From assembly GCF_001194135.2 (NCBI RefSeq), contig NC_068992.1, positions 27,151,447 to 27,215,446 on the forward strand: a DNA stretch of 64,000 nt, read 5' to 3'. The DNA comes from Octopus bimaculoides. Its lineage: Eukaryota. Position 1 is the stretch's first letter. Every line of letters starts with the position of its first letter. The notes beneath the pieces were generated by a model. That model was not told the DNA's origin, made no database searches, and was given only the letters and a program-made list of their open reading frames with translations. Positions 1-13,849 of this stretch are shown here, piece after piece. A program made the position numbers and the translations under genes.

Positions 1-1701
1 TATATAAGTATATATATATATTTGAGTATATGTAAGTATATATATATATTTAAGTATATATTTAAGTACATATATAATGTGTATGTACATGCAAGTATGT
101 GTGTGTGCAATATGTAGTAATGTGCGCGTGTATACTGTGTGTGGGGGTATATCTGTTGTTATTCAACAATTCTATTCAGAATATTTTGTTTGTATTATTC
201 TCTATTGACTTTTTAAGTGTCTTACTATTAATTTAATCAGAATATTTATTTGTAGTTGATGTTTTGTTTCCAACTATTACTACTTTCAATAATGCTTGCT
301 TTTGATGTCGGATTTCTGTCAGTTGGAATTCATTTATTTCTATTTAGTAAACTGCTTTTGAAAAAACAAGACGAGTGGAATTACAAATAAAACATCGATG
401 GCGGTATGAGATAGACAAGCTTGTTGGGTTTAACTTAATTGCACGTGTGTAAATTCACATGTTTATATACTTGCAATTGCTGGTTTGCTTTTTCGGGTAT
501 TTTTTCCTGTCTTTTACCAGTCTTCATACTGGCCATTGAGCCAGGTTTGAATAGCTGAAGGTATAGTATTCTCTCAATCAAGGCATCTATCATTCCTACT
601 CTATGACCAGAATTGTATTATAAAGACCGTGAAATCTATTTCTTAATGGCCCAGTCTACATAATTGTTGTTTAATTCAACGTCAACCACGACTTAGTAGA
701 CCAAAGTGCGTAAGCGTTCCAGCTATGACCATCTCATCTGCTATTCAGGCATTGGTGCCTAATGTAATCTTAGATACCGACTGTAATTGCTAAGATAGTA
801 TGGCATGGTTTATGAGAAATTTTGCAGGTTCTTCAAGTAGAACAACTAAGATTCCTTTACTAAGCTGTAATTTCATACAACATACAACATAGTTCTGTAG
901 TTGCAAGTAACAACCAGAAGTAAATGGAAATTAATGTGTATTTCGTAGGTTTGAAAGGTTAGATTCAATCCTTATTACAGGAAAAGCTAACTGCGATAAA
1001 TTATATCCTATTCTAGAAAACGCTAACTAGTTATAACTGAACTGAAGGCTAAACCAGCACTATGGAATCTTTTGAACCGATGTTCTTTCGACTCTGCTTA
1101 ATGATTTTTCGTGTAGAGATTTCCTGCTTAGTAGTTGCTCAAAGATGACGAGTTGCTCATCATTTCTTTTTAAGCCTAATCATCACACCCGGTTCTACTT
1201 CTCTCAGTATTCAGTTTGTGTCTCTATTCTCAATCCCTACTCTGACTTTTATACCCTGTCCTTCCTTCATACGACGTCAGCCCACTAGAATTCCCTCATA
1301 ATCACATTTTTTAAATGTTTGTTGATTTGCAACTGGCCAGATAGAACATGAACAACATTTAGTTCACCAGTCTTAGAGGTCGTACTTAAGATCATCTGTT
1401 GAAATGAACTGGGGTGGATTTCTATTGCCTGTGCAATAGTTCATGGTATTATTTGAGCCCAAAGCCAACCAAGGAGAGGGACTTTACAAAGTCGTTCAAA
1501 TTACTAGAAACAATAACCAAATCCTGATTAAAATGCAATCTAACATTCTCAAAAGGGAAGGGCACATTGAATGATGTAGTTATAGATACAAAAAGCGCAG
1601 GATATTTGTGGTGATATCATTCGAAGGCTAAAACAATGTGAAGTACATTGTGATGTATGACAACATCCGCTAGTCTGGTTAATACTATGTGTGTGTGTGC
1701 G

Positions 1702-1748
<47 letters not shown>

Positions 1749-1860
1749 GCATATGTGTGTGTGTGTGTGTATTCATATGCAGGATGCGATGGGAAAATTG
1801 TCGCCATTTTATGTTTTTAATTTTGTGCATGCTCATTATATATTTATAATTTTGTCGACT

Positions 1861-2626
1861 ACACAGTATAGTAGGGTCGGTTGGGCCCCGTCTGTGAGAA
1901 AAACAGCACCATGACGCAATTCACTCTGGCAGAAATTGGGAAACAACATGCTATATTGTTTGGCATTCGCACCGGAAGCTCCAATATGAACGGTTCAGAG
2001 TGTATAGGTGTATGAGGACATGTACCAAGAGTGATAAAGATCAAACATGCAGTCAATATCATGGTGTTTGGAGTTATGGCCACGTTATGCCTCCGTTCAT
2101 CTTCCCACACGGCCCCAGACTCAACACAAGTGCCTGGAGGAGGTAGTGCTGCCCTGGGCCAAGAGGGTGGCTGTTAGAAGACCCTATGTCTGGCAACAGG
2201 ACTCTGCACCATGCCACACAGGTAGGAGAACCCAGTCATGGCTTCCAGACAATTTCTGCAACCACATCACCTTTAACATCTGGCCACTTAACTCTCCACA
2301 CCAGAACCCCCTTCATTATTATGTGTGGGGTACAGTTTAGCAAGAGACCGACAAAACTCCTTGTATCACCGAAGATGAACTGAAGGCAAGGATTATAGTA
2401 GCATTCACCAACTTAAGCAAGGAGACAGTCCAGAAGAGTGTAGGAGATACCGAAGTCGTCTTGAGGTTGTGGTTGAAGCCAATGGCGATTTTATTGATTA
2501 TATTTACTCTTTAGTATTTCCAGATATTTTTTATGTAATTTTGGTAAATATATCTGTTAAAATGAGATGTTAGTATTACTTTCAATTTTTACGTAATTTA
2601 GACGACAGTTTATTTACCACTCCCTG
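1861..2626 (+). mobile_element. Internally deleted Tc1/mariner element, maT/DD37D family remnant
   Basis: ORF 2047-2340 contains WQQDSAPCH...WPLNSPHQNPLHYYVWG, with 37 residues between the second D and the third catalytic position (D mutated to H). The right end ...TTTACCACTCCCTG is followed by TA at 2627-2628. The left end is not clearly resolved. Confidence 0.85.
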
Positions 2627-2640
2627 TATATACGTATGTA

Positions 2641-2697
<57 letters not shown>

Positions 2698-2736
2698 ATA
2701 TGTATTGTTTACATATTTATTTTTTGTTGTTGATTT

Positions 2737-2775
<39 letters not shown>

Positions 2776-3089
2776 TGTGAAACGTAGGTGCATTCGTTAG
2801 CCTTGTGAAAAGATTATTATAACTCAACAGAAGAACAGCAATAACAGATTTAATAACTCTTCACAAATAGCCAATATATTACTGATCGCTGTACAGGTAT
2901 TGATTGAGTGATTGATTGAATCATAAGCATAAAGGCATTTATTCATAAATAATATTCTCGATCGAAGTTTCGCGTTACGTTTACTTTCGTATCCATTGTA
3001 ATTATTATTGTTGCTGTTATATTTTTTATTTTATATTTCTTGTTTTGTTTTGTTTTATTTTTTTTTCTTTAGCCTTCCGTTTTCTTTTA

Positions 3090-3300
3090 GTCGTGGTGAT
3101 CTTTACACATTATCACTGATGTGGCTTTGGTTGTCATTGTGATGGATACATTTGTCGTTGGCGTTGTCAGTGGTGTGGCGGCGGCGGCGGCGAGCGGTGG
3201 TGGTGGTGGTGGGGAAGAAGAGGAGGAGGAGGAGGAATTGATTGCGGGTGAAGATAGTGGTGATGATGCTGTGCATTTAAAGCATCGCTCGCACACTTAA
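3090..3300. repeat. GC-rich trinucleotide low-complexity island (GCG/GGT/GAG runs)
   Basis: Consecutive (GCG)n, (GGT)n and (GAG)n runs in otherwise AT-rich DNA. Confidence 0.6.
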
Positions 3301-3589
3301 TTTTCTGATAAGTGATGAAGGATTCGTTAGCGTTTCTATTGATAGATGTTCGATATATGGGATCGGTGGGAGATGTAATTTACTTTCAGTGGATATGTTA
3401 GGTAGGATATTTGATGATACACATAGAAAACGAAGGGAGAAGAAAGGAAAGGAAGAAAGGTGTAAGTGAAAGAAAGGTGTAAGTGAAAGAAGGGAAAGGG
3501 TGAAGAGTGATAGGGACGAAAGGGTGATAATTTCAGTCACAGAGAAACAGAGAGTTGGATCGAAGGATATACATGTACTTATTGTTGTG

Positions 3590-3776
3590 AGTGCATATAT
3601 ACATACATGTATGTATGTATGTATGCATGTATGTATGTATGCATGTATGTATGTATGCCTGTATGTATGTATGTATGTGCATATATGTAATATGCATATA
3701 AAGAGAAATCTAAATATGAATAAATACATGCACACCGTTCTATAAATGTATATATATTTATTTATATATATTTGTG

Positions 3777-3816
<40 letters not shown>

Positions 3817-4110
3817 TAGAGAGAGAGAGAGAAGAGAGAGATATATATGCATGTATATATAAATATATATGTATGTATATATACACATATGTGCATCTAT
3901 ATAATATATATACATACATATATATGTAATACACATAAATATTAACGTCAATCAATGTATATATAAATATATTCATACAAATGTATATAAACATGTATAC
4001 ATACGTATATGTGTGTATACATACATACATACATACATACATACATGCATGCATGCATGCATACATACATACATACATACATACATACATACATACATAC
4101 ATACATACAC
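3590..4110. repeat. Compound microsatellite field (TATG)n/(TA)n/(GA)n/(CATA)n
   Basis: Direct reading; it accounts for the YVCM/HTYI-type ORFs at 3277-4497. Confidence 0.95.
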
Positions 4111-4734
4111 GCATCCATTCCTATCAAGCCATAATGAGCTTGAACAATGATGAGAGAGAACGATGAAGAAAAGATGATTTAGAAAAGAGGTTAGAAGGAA
4201 AAGGAGAGAGAAAGGGGGGTGAGGAATTGTGAGATACGTAATATATTGAACAGGATGAGAAATAGGGAGTCGGGGAAAGAGGTGGGCAAGTGTAAAAAGG
4301 AAGAGAGAGATTGGATGAATGAGTATATATCTGCATGTATGTGTGTGTGTGTGTGTGTGTGTGTTTGTGTGTTGTGCGTCAGTGTTAGAACTGTAACAGA
4401 TATGATAGCAGAAAAACGAGATGACCGAAAATGTGTTGTCGAAATGACTGACAAGAAATTTATAAAAGGAATGAGAGTAACTACGTGGAAATATCAAGCA
4501 TTACTTTGAACGATTCGCTAATGATGTGAAAAGTTATTATTTGATAGTTGGAAGCTAATTTCTTAGATTTATTAATTTTTTTTTTTTTTAGATTTTGCTT
4601 ACTTTGAGCTCATTTTCTTCATTCTTCCTTTCCTTTAGTTTCAAAATTATCTTTTACCTTTTTCTTTATTATAATTCTAGTAATGAGATTTTCCAAGACG
4701 TTATTCTAAAATAGAAAGAAGTGGGAGATTACAT

Positions 4735-4822
<88 letters not shown>

Positions 4823-5991
4823 TTGTATGTGCCAAGAGACAGGGAAAAATGTAGGAGATGAGAAAGGAAAGAGAGGGAGCACGAATAGAGAAGAGAATGA
4901 GAGGGGGAATTGCAGAAGTAAAAGGAGACAAAGATTATCTGAACCAAAGACAAGAAGAGAGATGTGAAAACTAGAAGAAGCTTTGATTCATATAAGCACA
5001 CTGACAGAGGGAGACAGAGCGGGGAGAGAGAAAGGAACTCACACTGATACACATGCATTTTAGCATACATACATATATACATTCGTCGAAACATGCACAT
5101 GAATACAGATGCACATACACACACATATATGTATATATACATACTCACATACACACACATATACACTCATACACGAAGATAAAGTTTCAAGGAGCAGTAA
5201 ATATATTGTTAATTCTGTCTTAAGTTTCAAGATTCAATATTTTTACGTTCAGATATCTTTTAATATATTCTTAAGAGATTTCTCTTTTATCGTTTATTTT
5301 TCAAATTCTGAAGTTTATTTTATAATTTATTCAATTCATTTGGAGGTTTTTGTATATAAATACGTTTTAATATTTGTTCTGTTATTTTGTTATTTAATTC
5401 ACAAGAAAACAATCGATTGAGTTTCAAATCAGCAAAGAGACAATCTGAAATGTATAAATGAAAAGAAATCAATAAAAATAATTATATTATTTTGTTTCGA
5501 TAAGTGGAATATACTACACAACATTGCGTTTACATCTCCTGAATAAATGGAGGATATTTCAAAGATATTTAGTCATTTTGTACTTGTAGATATTTGAGAG
5601 TTAGTACATATCCATATATTTTTGGAAGTGTAAGTGTACGTTTACAAATGCATGTATGTTTGTGTACTGTGTGTGTGTGTGTGTGTGTGTGCGTGAGTAT
5701 GTGTATTAATTGATGCCCGTTTAAGAACTGGGAGAATCAGAATCGAAGACATACTACACACTAGCGTACAGTACAGTGGAGTTATTTGTTTACTCAGATG
5801 ATGGCACTTTTCAAGACTAGTTACATTTTCTTTTGAATTTCTGGATAATCGGATTGCCCTGATACACACAAGCGCGCGCAGATATCACATCACATCACAA
5901 AACATCACAAAACATCACATCACATCATAATACATCATTGTGCCCTCAAATTATTTCAAAATTGAAATTAAGACTAGTGCTATCTTTCGTA

Positions 5992-6347
5992 TACTCTTTT
6001 ATTCTTGTTTCAGTCATTTGACTGCGGCCATGCTGGAGCATCGCCTTTACTCGAGCAAATCGACCCCGGGACTTATTCTTTGTAAGCCTAGTAATTATTC
6101 TATCGGTCTCTTTTGCCGAACCGCTAGATTATGGGAACGTAAACACACCAGCATCAGTTGTTAAGCTATGTTGGGTGGGGGGACAAACAGACACACAAAC
6201 ATAAATACACACATACATATATGTATATACATATATACGACAGGCTTTTTTCAGTTTCTGTTTACAAAATCCACTCACAAGGCTTTGGTCAGCCCCGATG
6301 CTATAGTAGAAGACACTGGTCCAAAGCGCCCAAGATGCCACGCAGTG
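5992..6347 (-). mobile_element. tRNA-derived SINE family A (5'-truncated copy)
   Basis: Shares GTGGATTTGGTAGACGGAAACTGAAAG-type core, internal microsatellite and GGTGCTCCAGCATGGCCGCAGTCAAATGACTGAAAC-type tail with copies at 32768, 43299 and 57046. Confidence 0.9.
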
Positions 6348-6376
6348 TGTATGCATATGTATATATATATTATATG

Positions 6377-6418
<42 letters not shown>

Positions 6419-6422
6419 TATA

Positions 6423-6483
<61 letters not shown>

Positions 6484-7009
6484 NNNNNNNNNNNNNNNNN
6501 NNNNNNNNNNNNNNNNNNNNNNNNNNNNNNNNNNNNNNNNNNNNNNNNNNNNNNNNNNNNNNNNNNNNNNNNNNNNNNNNNNNNNNNNNNNNNNNNNNNN
6601 NNNNNNNNNNNNNNNNNNNNNNNNNNNNNNNNNNNNNNNNNNNNNNNNNNNNNNNNNNNNNNNNNNNNNNNNNNNNNNNNNNNNNNNNNNNNNNNNNNNN
6701 NNNNNNNNNNNNNNNNNNNNNNNNNNNNNNNNNNNNNNNNNNNNNNNNNNNNNNNNNNNNNNNNNNNNNNNNNNNNNNNNNNNNNNNNNNNNNNNNNNNN
6801 NNNNNNNNNNNNNNNNNNNNNNNNNNNNNNNNNNNNNNNNNNNNNNNNNNNNNNNNNNNNNNNNNNNNNNNNNNNNNNNNNNNNNNNNNNNNNNNNNNNN
6901 NNNNNNNNNNNNNNNNNNNNNNNNNNNNNNNNNNNNNNNNNNNNNNNNNNNNNNNNNNNNNNNNNNNNNNNNNNNNNNNNNNNNNNNNNNNNNNNNNNNN
7001 NNNNNNNNN
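6484..7009. other. Assembly gap (N run)
   Basis: N run flanked by (TA)n and (TG)n. Confidence 1.
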
Positions 7010-8711
7010 TGTGTGTATGTTGTGTGTATATACGTATATTATTTTGTATATTTGTATGTATATTTGTATATGCATGTAAGTGTATATATATATGTGTGTA
7101 TATATATATATGTGTGTGTATGTATGTATGTTCATATATATGTATGTATATGTATTTATATACTATTGATAACCCATTTATTTGCGGTATTTCCCTTGAA
7201 AAAGCATTTCGTGTGGGCGTGCTCCGTTAAAAACACAATTAATATCGGAAGAAAACGAAAATTTGTCCTAGCTTCAGTTATTGAAAACATTGGATCCATT
7301 CCCACCTTCTCGAGGCTTTTCAATGGTACCAACTTGTAACCAAGCACAAGTTCCGGCGAGAATTCGTCGCCATCAGTATAATAAAGCATTCCCTAATGTT
7401 GTAAATACTCGTGAGGCTGAATGAAAGCTTTCAGTATATACAACTGAAGCAATATTTAATCAAAATGGCTATCTATTTGAGACACATTTTCATTTTTTTT
7501 TTGTCAACTGCTTGTATAACTTGGGACTTATGAAAGGAAGTTTTATATTCTCTAGTACGTGTGAAACAAAGGCTAAATAAAAGTCTGAAGATAAGTATGG
7601 ATGTTTCGGACAAACTTGTGAAAATACTTTGGACAGACAAAGATTTAGGCACCACAAGTTTGCTGACATATCTCAGACTAGGTTTCAAATAATTCGAGGG
7701 CGTTAAACCTCAAACTTTCGTGGGTGTTTTTGCTTACCTCGTCTTTTTTTTTTACAACATCCACCCATATGAAAGATAAGAGATTTTATAAAATATTTTC
7801 ATTTCTTAGAGTCCATGGTCAGCATTGATTCTTCTGCGTGGCATTTTTGTTTTCTTTAGTCATCAGAAACACTTTTTTCGCAACCATTCAGCAAACTAAT
7901 ATTCCGAGTTAGCAGAACACATGCTCTTCAAGTTCAATGCACTGGGTTGTAACGTAGGCATCAGGGGACTTTATCTCCGCATATATTAAATCGCTTTATT
8001 AGAAAACTTAAACAAAGAACAGAGACAAAGATTTCATCAAATAATAAGCACAATAGAGGAAAGGCAACAGAGTAAGTGGATTATATACAAGAGAGTAAAT
8101 CATTGCAGTGACCTTCTGTGAAACTGACCTGGTAAATCTTGCTCAAGAAAATCTTATAAAAGATGCTCTCCATGCGCTGAATGACTAATGCTTGTATGTG
8201 CGTGAGTTACAATTTCCAGAGATTGTAATGCAGAGTGCTATACGCTCCTTTGTTGTAATTAACTCATTTAGTGATGTGGAGTTGTTTAATGCCATGCAAT
8301 ATATTAATGTTGTTATTAATATTGTCAAAACAATATATCACTTGCAAACTCGCTTGCTGCGCTTAGCTGGGGAAGTATTCATAGAATTGATTTGCTTCTG
8401 GCTTATCTAAAAGTGACAAATGAAGAAACGCCCAGAAAAATTTGTAACGCATAAATGTATGTTCGAGGTTAGTCAAATGTGACTCTCGTAGTATTAGCAG
8501 AGTGAAATGTTACTTTTCAGTGAGCAAATTAACAGCCCAGTGCAGCTGCATGTATTATATACGTACTATATTTCGTACATTTGAAATAGTCCATTTCATA
8601 GAAATAAATACATACATACATAACACGCGGTGGATGGCTTAATAGCAGTAATGTAACTCAGAACAGACAATATAAGAAATAATACGATATATTTACTTGA
8701 TTAGTCGTTGA

Positions 8712-8783
8712 AGCACAGTGAATCAGTGGAAGTGTGTTGGGCCCATAACACAAAGGTTTGTGGATCGAAATTATTCTCGGCAA
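8712..8783 (+). pseudogene. Initiator tRNA-Met (CAT) pseudogene
   Basis: AGCACAGTGAATCAGTGGAAGTGTGTTGGGCCCATAACACAAAGGTTTGTGGATCGAAATTATTCTCGGCAA aligns without gaps to the canonical metazoan tRNA-iMet, with about 17 mismatches in 72 nt counted by eye. It keeps the GGGCCCATAAC anticodon arm and the iMet-specific GGATCGAAA T-loop, but the stems are disrupted. Confidence 0.85.
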
Positions 8784-11700
8784 AAAAACGGTTCTGTTTA
8801 TGATATTTATACATCGCAACTGAATTGTCTACAAATATATTAGCCATATACTGACAGGGGTACACCAAAATCCAAGAAGCGTAGTGGGCAGAAACAATTA
8901 CAAAGAAGGATTTTTCGCTTTATATATAGACTTAACTAATTATAGTTAATAAGGCAAAAAACTGATACCATTTCTGGAATTAACGTCCCAGATATATCCC
9001 GAAATAAAGTCTAGTCCCGGAAGGACTAAATAGTAACGTGCAAAGAAGATCCTTATATTCTACGCCTAAATATTTACATCAACGCTTAAAAAGATGTTCT
9101 ATTCGCCAAAATAGAGCTGATAGAATGAATCTTAAGTGTATATTTGAAGGTAGAGTCTCAAATATAACCAAGAATAGGTAAAACTTTTAAAACTGTTGAA
9201 TTCCTTGTTCTTTATTGGCCAATGCATCATATCACTTTCTTTTAACATTGAGTTTATCGAGAGAATTTTGCTATTTCACTGTGACCAGTCAAAGCATATT
9301 CATTTGCGATATAATCAAATTGATAAAACATGGCCTGAAGTTGAAATTCTGTGCAAGCAATGTCTTGGGTTTCTATGCTAGTTATTTAATTCACTGCTTC
9401 TTATTTCATTTACACTCTTGTTCTTTTGCCCTGAGACAACCATGATAGTAAATACATGTGTGAGCGTGTGTGTGTGTCTATTTTGTCAGTAACAATGTGC
9501 ACCGTACGACATCATTCAACGTGACCTTCCCTTTAAAAGAAGGTAGCGTGATTTGAGAGAAATTTGCTTGCTGTTTCTAACAGACCACTTATTCGAGTAC
9601 ACTTAGCTAGTTTTATTACTCTATCGAGTAGACTTTTGATCAAGGGTTTTCCAGCCGTGACCACCTCGTCTGTGTATAGAACCAGATCATCTAATGTCCT
9701 TTTCTAATTTCACTGATATGTCTAGCAGACTGAAGGATCACATAAAGACTCTCTCGTCCGTTCATGTCATGGAGGTGTCTAGAATTAGCAAGAGATTTTT
9801 TATAAATATCAGTAATATTCTGTTCTAGTATTCAGTGGCAATTTACTTCATTTTTGTTCAACTTCAGGAAATTATTTGAGAGTGATACTTCTGTTTATGG
9901 TGTTGTACAGGATTGGCTACAGCTATGAGAAGCAATATTAATTGTCTGATGACAGCTGAGTATGCTAACTATGAAAACAAGCAAAGTTAGAATAACAGCA
10001 CTAAAACATTAGTTTTTTGTCCATTATCCGAGAACTGAAAGCAAGATTTCAGCACAAAGTATAAAGTTTGCATAATGATATGTGTGCATATTAATATAAG
10101 CATTCCTGCATGAATGTATATATTTGTGAGTGTTTTATACATTTTGGAAGAGACAGTATAAAATGAAACAGCCACTTATGTATCATACTTAATGTATATA
10201 CGTTGTGTATAGATAACTTGTTGCGGTAATTGTCCTGAGGTAAAATCTGTTATGGACGTGCTGTGTTAGAGTACAATGAGTATCAGAAGGAAACGAACAT
10301 TCGCCCTAGCATATGAAATACGTCCTGTGTATCGCATGTGTTACAGAGAAGAGGTAAAGGGTTTATATAATTTTTGTTCGTCCCAGAGAAATCATAAAAC
10401 AATAAAGTAAGTTTGTTCTTCAATATGTCTTTAATTCGTGACAGACTTCTGACGATCTCATCAATATGCCGTCTCTTCTTCTGCCTATTCCTTGCACGCC
10501 TGGAACTGGCTTAGAAATGTCATTTAACTCGGCCCATTCAACCAATCCGTCTCATACGTGCTTTTTCTCTCCTTGAATCTGTAGGGTTTTTTCCTTACAC
10601 AAAGCTCTTTTCCGTGTCATTTAACATCATAACAACGAAAGAATTGTAATCTTCGTTTAACGATCAATATTTCTCAAAGTTCTGGCGCGTTTCACTTATT
10701 GTGGTATTGATTTGTTTGTTCTTTCCAATCGTGACATTCTCAATAATCTACTCCAACACTACATTTCGAATACATCAATAGATAGAAATCTTGTTTGTTA
10801 ACTGTGCGTCTTCCGCATCCATATGCCATAACTGGATATACCATTAATTGTAACAATCTCTCCTGTCCGACACCCTTTTATCTCATAATTTTTTGTAGTA
10901 CCAGCATGGCAGCCTTTCTAAATGCTATTCTTCTCGTTGTATCTGTTACAATAATCCATATTTTATTTGATTTTTAAAGATATATTACATTGTCACTGGT
11001 ACGACAAACCACAATATATTTCCAGTACGGTTTACATTGTTTTCGATCATTATATTCCAATGTTTGTTGTTGTTGTTGTTGTTGTTGTTGGTGTTGTTGT
11101 TGTTGTTGCTCAGCTAGGATCCATTAAATCTAGTATTAAGAACATTCCAGTCAAAATCAACTCAACTTTTATTACAGCATTGTGTACCTAGACCTACCTT
11201 GTTCAGTGTACCCATTCTGTAAAACAATGGCATATGGTTTAAATCTGCTGTTTGACTGTTATTTCAGGAAGGTTGCACAACAGAGTAGAAGCTCACTTGC
11301 TGAGTTGTGCTATAAAGCGGTAGTGATTTTAAGAATATTAAGAGTGGAGGACTGGTTAATTATGTCAAGAGAAATCAATAAGACTAACAGCGTGTATATT
11401 CTAATCACTATGTTAGTAAACGAATTTCACAAGGAATAAGCGGATATAGAAGAATTAAATGGTTTCCATAACTTTCCAGTTTCATGAATTACTTCGTTTG
11501 ACCAATTGACTAATGTTCTCAGGCTGTCCTTGTTTAATATTTTAGATCATAGCAAATAATATTACACATCAGTGTAATTCAGTGAGTTGAATGTTTTGAT
11601 CCGGTTCTATTAATGAAATTTTAACATGAATAACTAATTGGTTTATTAAATAATATTTTAAGTATTGTATTATCAAATATTTTATTAATTCGTCTTGTCC

Positions 11701-11836
11701 ATTAATGACTGGCTAAATAATCTAGCGGAGCCATCGACAGAAAGATTCATACTCGGCTGAAATTGTTTAGAGTTTTCCAGCCACCAATTATTGAAGTCAA
11801 AAATTATATAATTATCACTATTTAAAATTATTTTTA

Positions 11837-11893
<57 letters not shown>

Positions 11894-11989
11894 GACTCTT
11901 CTCGTGGATTTCAAAGAGGAAGGACGTGTGCTCGTGAGCTGTAAGTTTTACAGATAACATCGTTGCATTTGAACATTTTTTACGACTTT

Positions 11990-13445
11990 TCTGTGGCCAG
12001 GCCGACCGGGCTCTTGCTGAGCTGAGCGGTTAGGCAAGACTTTTCCCCTTTTGGGGCGAATTTTCAATTTAAAATCTCTATTTTTTTCATATTTCGATTT
12101 TTAACATTTCTAAAAATGTCCTTACAGGAGAGTATCAGCTCTTCCTTTCATTTTCACTTCTCCCCTGAAGTCGGAAGACAGCCAAACATGTATAAAAATT
12201 AATTGCCTCCACCCACTCCGCGCCTTAAAAATCAGAGAGAGGGACAACTTAAGTACCGCTCGCACGTGCAACGCTGAGCAACAGAAGGAAAAAGAAGAAA
12301 AGAAACGCGAGAAAAAGAAAAGAGCAAGAAAAGTCAGCTAATGGACGCTGCTAGCGTCGTGACACCTGTGAATCCAAGCCCTCCCACTATCACCATCAAC
12401 ACTAGCACATTGAACACCCAACAACAATAACTCAATGCATTAAACAGCCGAGGTTTTGCTTCAATAGCAAACCAAGCTGTGAATTTATAAATGTTTCTGT
12501 AGAATCTCTCAAAGACTATAGAAACATTTTAAAAAGAGAAAGCGAAAGATGTGTTTCGATAAACACTCCACCAGAGATTATAGAGAAAACAAACAAACGT
12601 ACCATAGTGTACCAAACTGTATCATCAAAAAATAAATCTATAGAAGCTACCATAAAGCAAGCAGTTAAAAAATGCTTGCAACCCATTTGGAAAGACATAA
12701 CTTATCTGGCGGGGAGTAAGAAATATGGCATAATTGAAGTTAGATTTGTTACAGAAGACGTAGCAAAACAGCCCAGCTGAGAAACAGTGAAGTTATCCAA
12801 GTTCCGACATACTTGGGAGGGCGTGTCATCAAGATAAAAATACTGGAAATACCACCATAAATGAACACTCGCTAGATTGTCGACTTGGAGGATAGAATCA
12901 GAATCATCCTTCTCGACCTGGAGGATAAAATCAGAATCATCCAAGTTGAGACTCAAGGAAAAAACAAGTCAGGAATTGCGAATAATGATCCAAATAAACC
13001 AAGACGTTCTGGACCAACTCAGCCTTCTACTGGCACTGTGCTGAACGTGACTGCTGAGAGCAGAAGGCCAAGATGTTATCAATGCGGACAGAATAAACAC
13101 CACCTGAAAGCCTTTTTCCCACAACTAAAACAGGAGGGCACTACCCCCTTGATACAAACACCACCCACACAACAACTGAAGCAACCCCAACAACACAAGC
13201 AATCCCAACAAGAGAAAAATACCCCAAGAACAGAAAGCAGAACGGGCTCCAGCAAAAACACTACCAGCATCAACAACTACAAGGGAGACAACAACGCCAA
13301 CAACAACTACAAGGGAGACAACAACGCCAGCAACGACAGAGGCGCTGACCACAACGCCTACAAAAGCACCGATAACACAGCTCTTAGCAGAGGAACAGAC
13401 ATCAGCAGATTGCGACCCACTGAAACTACCCCTTCCGGATTCTGA
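11990..13445 (+). mobile_element. Decayed L1/Tx1-type 5' UTR and ORF1 remnant
   Basis: Frame-broken RRM-like text (KKYGIIEVRFVTEDVAK...PTYLGGRVIKIKILEIPP) and a degenerate zinc knuckle CYQCGQNKHHLKAFF in ORF 12885-13445. No ORF2 follows. Confidence 0.65.
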
Positions 13446-13509
13446 CCACTCAGACATGTCGTTGCGGAGAGGCCAACAGAATTGAGTGGACAGATGTCAC
13501 ACGTAAAAT

Positions 13510-13800
13510 ACTAAGATAAAGGCACACCAAAAAGCAATCAAGTTCCAAGTAATGCCGACTTTTGCAATACCCATCTAGATTGTTGGGTATCTTTAAAGTT
13601 TTCAGATGTTTTTTTCACATTGGGTGGTATTGAACTCAATGCTCTGATGACAATAGGGATAACCTTTATGTTCGACTCTCGTAGCTGCCACATCTTAACG
13701 ATCTCAATTCTCAGGCCTCCATATTTATCAACCTTTTCTCTTTCTTTCATGATGACATATTGATCTCCTGGCATGCTGCGTCGATTATTAGGCACTCTTA
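13510..13800 (-). mobile_element. R4/Dong-clade non-LTR retrotransposon, 3' (RLE) fragment
   Basis: PGD...KEREKVDKY..L..EI..MW...VIPIVI.AL...LQKSALLGT is the typical C-terminus of the restriction-like endonuclease. Confidence 0.85.
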
Positions 13801-13807
13801 TTTGTCC

Positions 13808-13846
<39 letters not shown>

Positions 13847-13849
13847 TTG

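Noticed and set aside
3277-4509. ORFs rich in YVCM, HTHT and LSLS
   Set aside because: Translations of microsatellites; the same applies to 45823-47712.
6158-7339. Long ORFs (393, 303 and 286 aa), and the similar ones at 18988-20462, 44803-45599, 61195-62096 and 63197-63943
   Set aside because: They are open only because they run through N gaps and (TA)n/(TG)n repeats.
8100-8420. Possible very old mariner fragment
   Set aside because: Only a vague resemblance; no diagnostic motif could be read.
9911-9985. Candidate exon (…TACAG|GATTGGCT…CAAA|GTTAG; GLATAMRSNINCLMTAEYANYENKQ) that also contains CTGATGA…GAAA
   Set aside because: No recognisable protein or partner exon, and no stem II can form before GAAA, so it is not a hammerhead.
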